Assembly: GCF_006345805.1 (NCBI RefSeq)
Contig: NC_043015.1
Span: 44,516,001-44,580,000 of the forward strand
Length of the DNA: 64,000 nt
Source of the DNA: Octopus sinensis
Taxonomy: Eukaryota
Direction of reading: 5' to 3'
Shown here: positions 55,938 through 64,000 of the stretch, in pieces
How the letters are laid out: every line of letters begins with the position of its first letter
How positions within the stretch are numbered: position 1 is the stretch's first letter
The notes under the pieces: model-generated
The model's input: only the letters and a program-made list of their open reading frames with translations
Database searches by the model: none
Told to the model about the DNA's origin: nothing
Program-made: the position numbers and the translations under genes

Positions 55938-56260
55938 AATATATCTATAACGGAATTTGACAAATCAAGTATATATAAGGACCTGGAAACTGAAATACAA
56001 AAGACACGGCATCGAAAGCGAGATCTGAAAACGGAAAATTAATCCATCACCTTTCGACGGATAAATTTGATAAATTTGTTGAAGGAAATACCATATAAGC
56101 CACCAATGTCTGGTTACAACTTACTCGACAAGACCTTCCTAATCGAATGGGCCATGATACCATAAAACTTGAATTAGGAAAAACAGGAAATAGGAAATCC
56201 TATCAGGTGGTGCTATTAAATTAGGCATGGCCAGGACAAAATTTAAGATTATGTAAGTTA
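55937..56260 (+). mobile_element. Degenerate LINE scraps: second R4/Dong-type piece then a CR1-group-like C-terminus
   Basis: NISITEFDKSSIYKDLETEIQK parallels NVSLKEMEKLSKYKD at ~55025; then DKF..KPPMSGY..LIEW across a frameshift. Confidence 0.45.
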
Positions 56261-56328
56261 TACATATACACACACGCACTTTCTTATGTACGTGTACATA
56301 TCAATATATTGTGAGTATACAACAATTA

Positions 56329-56371
<43 letters not shown>

Positions 56372-56467
56372 AATATATATATATATATATGTACATACAT
56401 ATATATACATATATATACTATATATATATATAGATTATACATACATATATATACATTATATACGTAC

Positions 56468-56522
<55 letters not shown>

Positions 56523-57241
56523 GTAGTTATGCTACCCCTTAACTACTTTAAATTTTGAATATTCCAGTATCAATTTTGCCAGTTATATTTTTTAACTATT
56601 TAATCATTCGACGTTCATTCACCGATAGGAATTCAGCGTGTAGAATGTTAAATGAACCTTGCCACAAACAGTATACCTTGAAAAAGGAAATTTTATCTGA
56701 TGCTGTTGAATATGGACTGTTCCTTCATCCCTTAATATTTTCTGAAACGGCCGTAGTTTTTTAACTGATTTTTACTCTTCATGGTTTTTAACGAACTTTT
56801 ACCAGCATGATATCTCATATTACTGAACTCTATTTATTCACCCTCGAATACATGTATCTACACACACATACACGGTTTTCACGTTCTTATATCGTACTTA
56901 GTTTACACTTTATATCTTATTATTTTTATATTTTTTATGATTTATTATTAATTATATTTTGAATTTTTAATATACACATGTATCCCATCTAAGTCTCATA
57001 AATCATTGTAAACACAATTTCGTTTTTGGATGTAAAATACTGACAACTTGAATTATTATCTTCTACAAACTTATATATTGTTTATTGTATATGTATATAT
57101 ATATATATATATATATAAAATTAGAGATAAAACCACTATTAGGCAAATCAAACAGTGAAAATCATAAACAAATACATAGAAATTAATAAAAAATATAAAA
57201 TTCAAAATTTAAATTTAAAGTTAAAATAAAAAAATATTCTG

Positions 57242-57286
<45 letters not shown>

Positions 57287-57477
57287 TTATATTATTTCAA
57301 TTTATTTTTAATTTTTTAATTTTTTTCCCTAATATTAAATATATATATATATATATATATAGTGCGTGTGTTTTTATTGGCTAAACTGGCAATATGACCA
57401 TTCCGAATTATAACAATATCTGTTTCAACACACGACTTCACATAAAAAATCTTGCACAACAAATATATAAACGTATA

Positions 57478-57539
<62 letters not shown>

Positions 57540-58078
57540 ATAATCAAAATAATTGATTGTAATCACCCCATTTTGAATCATATGGATAATACCATACCAA
57601 ACTTAACTTAAGTTTAACTTAAGCACCAAATACAACTGAATCTAAATTTTTACTGAACTCATATATATATATCACATTTCACATTACTGAAGTACAGTTG
57701 ACTCTGAAACTCAATCACTAGCCTAACATTCTCTCGATGCTTCGTGCCCATGTGATTGATTTGTGAATATATGTAGTTATTGTGACCCGATTAATATCAC
57801 ATACTTCATTTCATATATGTCAGCGCCCCTTCAATCGTGCTAATTAGCAACTTTACTTTTAATTCTGACTCAACGTGCAATATTCAGTGACTGATGACGT
57901 GTCAAGCATCAAATTTTGCACTGGTAATTAAAACGCGTAAATAGCATATTACGCATAATGATGAAAACTATCATGCAAAGAAGTGATGATCGTTCTTGAT
58001 AGAAAAAAAATAGATGTGAAAATATTCATTGATAATGTACAACTTTGAAAGCAGAAAAGAATAAAACACATCACAGTA

Positions 58079-58115
<37 letters not shown>

Positions 58116-58153
58116 ATATATATACAAATGAGATAGGGGTAGGGGTTGTATCT

Positions 58154-58185
<32 letters not shown>

Positions 58186-58358
58186 TAGATAGATAGATAG
58201 ATATTTATATATATAGATATATAGATATATGTATATAGATATATATATATATATAGATTTATATATATATATAGATATATATATATGTATATATAATTAT
58301 ATATATGTCTATATATAGTTATGTAGGACATCAATATAATGTACTAATATGCGCGATG

Positions 58359-58417
<59 letters not shown>

Positions 58418-58429
58418 CATATATATATA

Positions 58430-58466
<37 letters not shown>

Positions 58467-59169
58467 CATACATACATACATATATATATATATATTTATA
58501 TATGTGTATGTATGTATGTATGTATACATACACACACACATATATATATACGCAAATCCTTGTTTTGTAGATGTATAAAGAGGGATGTGGATAGATATCA
58601 TATATATTATATCTTCTATATATAGTTATGTAGGACATCAATATAATGTACTAATGTGCGCGATGTATTATTTTTGTCACATATTTGGTTTTAAACATTT
58701 AGAAGAGAGAGAGAGAGAGTGTGAGAGGAAGGAAAGTGCTTCTGACATTTTTTTTTGTGAGTTTGACAGACATCTTAAAATATGATAAGTTTGCAATTAC
58801 ACTTCGTGATGCATTATTATCCCCGTAATTATTATATTTACGAATCTCCATACTGATTTAAAAGCTAAACGCAGTCCCTGTCAGATTTTATTATCGTAAT
58901 AAAACTATAAAATGTCAAAGATGTTTTAAGGATGGGAGGTAAATAGATATGAAATATGACGTACACAAAAGCACAGAATATAATTACATCCATATATACA
59001 TAAGTATATACGTGTGTCTATGTTTTCGTATACTTCTACTATATATGTGTATATATATATGTATGTATGTATATACCTATATATATGATATAAATAATAT
59101 ATAAATATATGTGTATATACATATATATACATAGCTACATATATATGTTTATATACATGTATACATGGG

Positions 59170-59790
59170 TATCAAAAATCCGTAGACAGAATGAGAACCG
59201 AGAACATTAAAAACAAAAACATCGAAAAGGAACTTTTTTTTGAACAACGAAAGAAACGAACAGAGAAATGAGACAGGCAACATAAAGAACATTTAAAGAA
59301 CATTCCCTTCATCAGCTGTCGCCAGTTTTGTCTACTCCGTGTTTCGAAGGTAGGGACAAGACGCGACTTCGTTAAAACACTCCTTCCCGCAAAGCAAATT
59401 AAATAAAATTTGGGATTTTTTGCGGAGGGTAAAAGTAGTAACAAAAATAGGACAGTGAGAAGAAAACAAATAAAACAAACGGTTAGGGCTGTTAAGCCAA
59501 GTCGATGTGAAGTGATGAATACTGGAAAAACGAGCTTTGAGAAGAGACGGGTAGAATCGTGCCTTATCTATAGGAAGGAAATGGAAGAATGAAAAATGGA
59601 TGGCCGTTATCACTTTCAACCACCGCAAGACATCCCCAATTTTAATTAATTTGCTTTGTGGAAAGGACTGTTTTAATGAAGTCGCGTCTTGTCCCTACCT
59701 TCGAAATGCGGAGTAGATAAAACAGGGGACAAATGAGGAAAGGAATGTTCCTTATGTTTTATTTGATGTCCTGTACTCATATATGCATGT
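59170..59790. mobile_element. Penelope-type head-to-head element (family P5) with about 155-165 nt inverted arms (59279-59442, 59606-59758)
   Basis: gaaggtagggacaagacgcgacttcgttaaaacactccttccc vs ggaaaggactgttttaatgaagtcgcgtcttgtccctaccttc; TA-rich flanks; no ORF homology, so the Penelope assignment is inferred. Confidence 0.7.
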
Positions 59791-60051
59791 ATATATACGT
59801 ATATATGTGGGTATGTACATATATGTAAGTATATATGCATATATTTATGTATTATTTATATTATTATATGACCAAACGCCACGCTTCCATTTCGAGGTAA
59901 GTTTTATCCATCTATCTATCTATCTATCTATCTATCTGTCTATCTATGTATCCATCTATCTATCCATCTATCCATCTACCTATCCATCTATCTATGTATG
60001 TATCTATCTATCTTTCTACACACACACTCACACACACACACACATACACAC

Positions 60052-60112
<61 letters not shown>

Positions 60113-61354
60113 GTGTGTGTGTGTGTGTGTTTCTGTGTGTATTTGTATAGTTGTAGTATATATGCAGCTAGACAGTTGTTCATCTTCAATAAATATTTTT
60201 ACTCCCAAAAATTGTGTATCGTATTCTAAGTTTGTAATTAAGCGCTGCATTAAATAACTAGTTGAATGAAATATCAACTGTACAATTAAGTAACTTAAAT
60301 AAAATTTAGGACAAACCCTGTAAGCAAATTTCGATTGTTCAATGACATCCGTAATCATTGAACATAAAGTTGTTCATGCGTGTGACTTGGGAGAATTAAT
60401 GTGATATGTTGATAAAAGCCTAGAGACCGTCTCGGGAGAATACCTACAGAGAACTGAATTAAAAATTATGATTCTCTTCAAGTCTTTGACGACTAAGTCC
60501 ACGGTTGATTAGATTCCCCGTCCAGCCTTAAGCACGGCGAACTACCACATTCTAAAAACGCCTTAACATCGCAAACATCAATAAGGAAGCCTGTTCCATA
60601 GACACACACGGACACAAATCCTTTCAAATGATGACAGCGACAAACATTGGGGAATTTCACATGCACTTTTATCCACGAAGGACAAAGCCAGTTTGCCTGT
60701 AAGAATATTAATTTATCGATAGGATGTCTGGTTTATACTATTCAATGCATAAATTTGAAACAGCTGTTTAGAAAAGCTTTTGGCATAAATATTGAATTCC
60801 TATAGTGAACTTCAGACAATACTTAATACTTAGATGGAATTATGGCTAGCTAATACGGTTCTAAAACACGTTAAATAATTCATCAAATTTCCTCAATAAT
60901 ATTATTTCGCTTGAAATCAATCGCGAGTAGTGTGTTGAAATAGTGGGCAATATTTTTCGATGTATGTTATAGATCTTTCTTCTGGACAGTTCTTCAGCTG
61001 TAACCTCGAATTGATCAATGACAATTAAGTGGAATCTCGTATACAAAAAGAGAAACTGCATGCTGTAGTATACAGAACTATGTATTTCGAGGAATTTTGG
61101 AATGATCAATGTATATCTGTGATATCCAGTTGCATCTCGCAATTTTTCTAGCTATATTATGTTCGTGTGTATATGTAGGAAAGGTTGAATATATACATTC
61201 ATATACATTGACATGGGCCTGTGTAAATGCACACAAACACACAAACACATACACACAAGCACACACGCTCTCGCATTCAAGCACGCAAATACATAGGCAC
61301 ACACAGACACACAAAACATGCACCAACGGACACGTATATATATGTATATATGAA

Positions 61355-61660
61355 GGCTCGTGGCCTGGTGGTTAGCGGCAAAGTTGATTAGGGTTTTTTG
61401 CGCTCACGCTCATATCATCGTGGTTTAGATTCTCATATCAGCCCCGTAGTGTTCTTGAGCAAAATACTTCATGTCACGTTACTCCATTTCACTCAGTAAG
61501 TAAATGCCTAAACCTTTTATGGACCAGCCTTCTGACCAGTGAGAATGTCGGCCTGCTCGCCTAGCTATCAGGATCAGCTGTCGAGAGCTAAAATGATGCG
61601 AAATGCATTGTGACCAGCGATGTATAACAATAGGACATAGTGTAGTCGATACTGTGATAC
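61355..61660 (+). mobile_element. Degenerate tRNA-headed SINE, D-like middle and a different tail
   Basis: ggctcgtggcctggtggttag...gtgttcttgagcaaaatacttcatgtcacgtt shared with 18194. Confidence 0.6.
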
Positions 61661-61822
61661 CATGTGGGTTAGCAAGGCAACCGACTGTTTCATGCGAAGG
61701 CATCTTTACAATTGCTAAAGCTTACCACATGCGAGTGTCGGTACGCCACTTCATTTTGGTTATTACCTCGCACACTCGCACACAGACACACATACACACC
61801 CATATATATATATGTATATATA

Positions 61823-61868
<46 letters not shown>

Positions 61869-64000
61869 GTATATACAAACACGCACACACACATTTACAT
61901 ATATGTGTGTGTGTGTGTGTGTGTGCGTGTGTGTGTGTATGTATCTTCCAAGAGAACTAGAACTAAAAAAGTTACAGAAAGTGAGAGGGACAAATATTGT
62001 TCACAGTGAGACAAAAGTAAACATTCTTGTAGGTCTCCAATAGACTAGCATGCCCTACTTTCTGACTTATTGCACGTTATATCTTCCATATTCTGCAGGA
62101 ATAATATTTTAATATATTTACTCTCTGTATTGCTGTATGTTATGTATGCTCGTCTGGGTTATATATCTTAGAGATGAATCAAATAGCTTTAATCAATACT
62201 ATCAGATGTATATATATTTGTTTGTACATCTGTTTGTATCCGTGCCTGTCCGCCGGAGATTTGGCAGGAGCGACAACTCAGTAGTCTACGTATATAGCTT
62301 ACGTAACACCGACTTGTTTAAAGTTTGATTTCAAAGATCAGTGGTCGATAATTATCTTAACGAATTCCATCATTTCTCTACGTTTTAGTATTTTCCCTGC
62401 CAGTAAATAGATATGTCTGCGTATTTCTTTGCAGATGCATTACTATTTGTTTATGAATAAGCCAATAGATAACAACTTGCGTCTATACTTCGCAGGTTCC
62501 CTGTGACTTTTTGAGAAGACGAATGGAATGCCATTGGTTTACCATTATGTCGAATACAAACAAACTCTAAATCTTGCAACATAGTAAATTTTATTGATGG
62601 TAGCCATATATTGCTCTCGTCCAGTTGCTTGCATGTAATAGCTACCAACCACGGGGAGTTACAATATATACCCCTGTGACATAGGAGGTTTTAACCATCG
62701 TCTTAAATCTCCGGTTCAATATTCATGACCAGGACCAGGGAACCACACAACGATATTTGCCCCTTGTGTCAGCGTTTGCGTGTATGTGAGTTACGATTTA
62801 TAGGTCTGAGTGTGCGTACGGTAGGGCGTGTATATCTGAATGTATATTATGTATGTGTGTGCTAACTCGTTAATGCTAATGAATGTTAATGCTAAATATG
62901 TGTGTGAGCTTTGGTTATTGAATCTTTGACGTAATGATTGGAGTAAATCACGTTAGAGATTAAGACATTTTGCTGCATTTAATAACATTGAAAATGATTT
63001 TGCTTCAAGTATTTACGTAAAAATACTACTTCGGTTGCTGTAATATGTTTCCATTGACAAAGAAAATAAATGATTAAATGTTTATTTCAAAGGCTTTGAA
63101 TGTTAATGTAAAATTATTTTCCGACATTCAATATAATGCAAAAAAAAAAAAAAAACGAAAAAGAAAATTAAAAAGAAAATAAATCTATGAGAGAAATAAA
63201 TAAAAGGAAAACTATTCAATTTGTTACTCTATTTTAAACATTTTCATCTTTGTTTGTCAATTACAGATTTGCCATTTTTTTCTGTCCCTAGCGATAATAT
63301 ATTTTTTCTCTTCTCCATTTCTTACATATCATTTTGCTGTTTTCGATTATATTTTAATGCTAAACTTTGTGAAAGTTCTGGTTGAAGTTATGATAAAATT
63401 TGAGATTGTTTCTATTATTGCTGAAGCTATAATATCAATGCACTGAGAATTTCGCCATGAAAAAAGTAACTATATCATATTCACGTTCGGTAGTTGTTTT
63501 ACCATATACACAACACTCAAGATTTATTGGTAACATTAGGAAAACATTTACAACATTATGCCAGTATTCGATTGTTTTCTACCTTCTTTGTTTTGTAAAA
63601 TCATTTTGGCATTGGATAAAGACATCTTAACGTATTCCAATAATCAAATTTCGGCATCGTTGTGACAGTTAAGTATTTTTCTCTTTACAAATACAAAAAA
63701 TACAAGAATATTTTTGGGTGATTTCAACTAAAAGAGACGGATATGAGGAATAGTCGTCATATTAAAATAGTTTCATTGAAAATGTATAACAAATACTTTA
63801 TGAAGTATGCTATGTAGGGTTCTAGAAAATTTCATCGTCCTTTCATGTAATGTCTCCGGGGGTTCGAATATCTCGTTGACAATAATGTTATGACGATGTT
63901 GGGGCGTACACAAGGGAGTAGAATAGTATTACCCCGCAAAATATTCAGATATGGTTATCTAGAATAACCTTTTGCAGAATTAATATGTTCACACAGAACG

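Noticed and set aside
60966-61004. Minus-strand CUGAAGA..GAAA-GAUC-UA hammerhead look-alike
   Set aside because: Stem II has a 2-nt loop and unpaired flanks, and stem I is out of register.

Overview
Eukaryotic, strongly AT-rich DNA dominated by microsatellites and interspersed repeats. The SINE families and the (TA)n/(AAT)n/(TATC)n density look like an Octopus (coleoid cephalopod) genome; this is recognised from memory, not from a database search. I cannot support any host protein-coding exon, so the window is intronic or intergenic, and most entries in the ORF track are microsatellite or SINE artefacts. Supported content: four tRNA-headed SINE families, several with clear target-site duplications; a 5'-truncated Tx1/L1-group LINE in a (TATC)n array plus an older copy; an R4/Dong-type RLE LINE end in (TAA)n; a mariner remnant; and a U6 snRNA pseudogene joined directly to a full-length SINE. 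The most interesting layer is a set of short, mostly (TA)n-flanked, Penelope-type repeats from several unrelated families that carry hammerhead ribozyme (HHR) motifs. Four are head-to-head fold-backs. One (59279-59758) contains all hammerhead core segments in a non-circularly permuted order. A second highlight is that the Tx1 LINE 3' end matches the 3' tail of SINE family B, suggesting a LINE/SINE partnership. All RNA structures were folded by eye and are untested.
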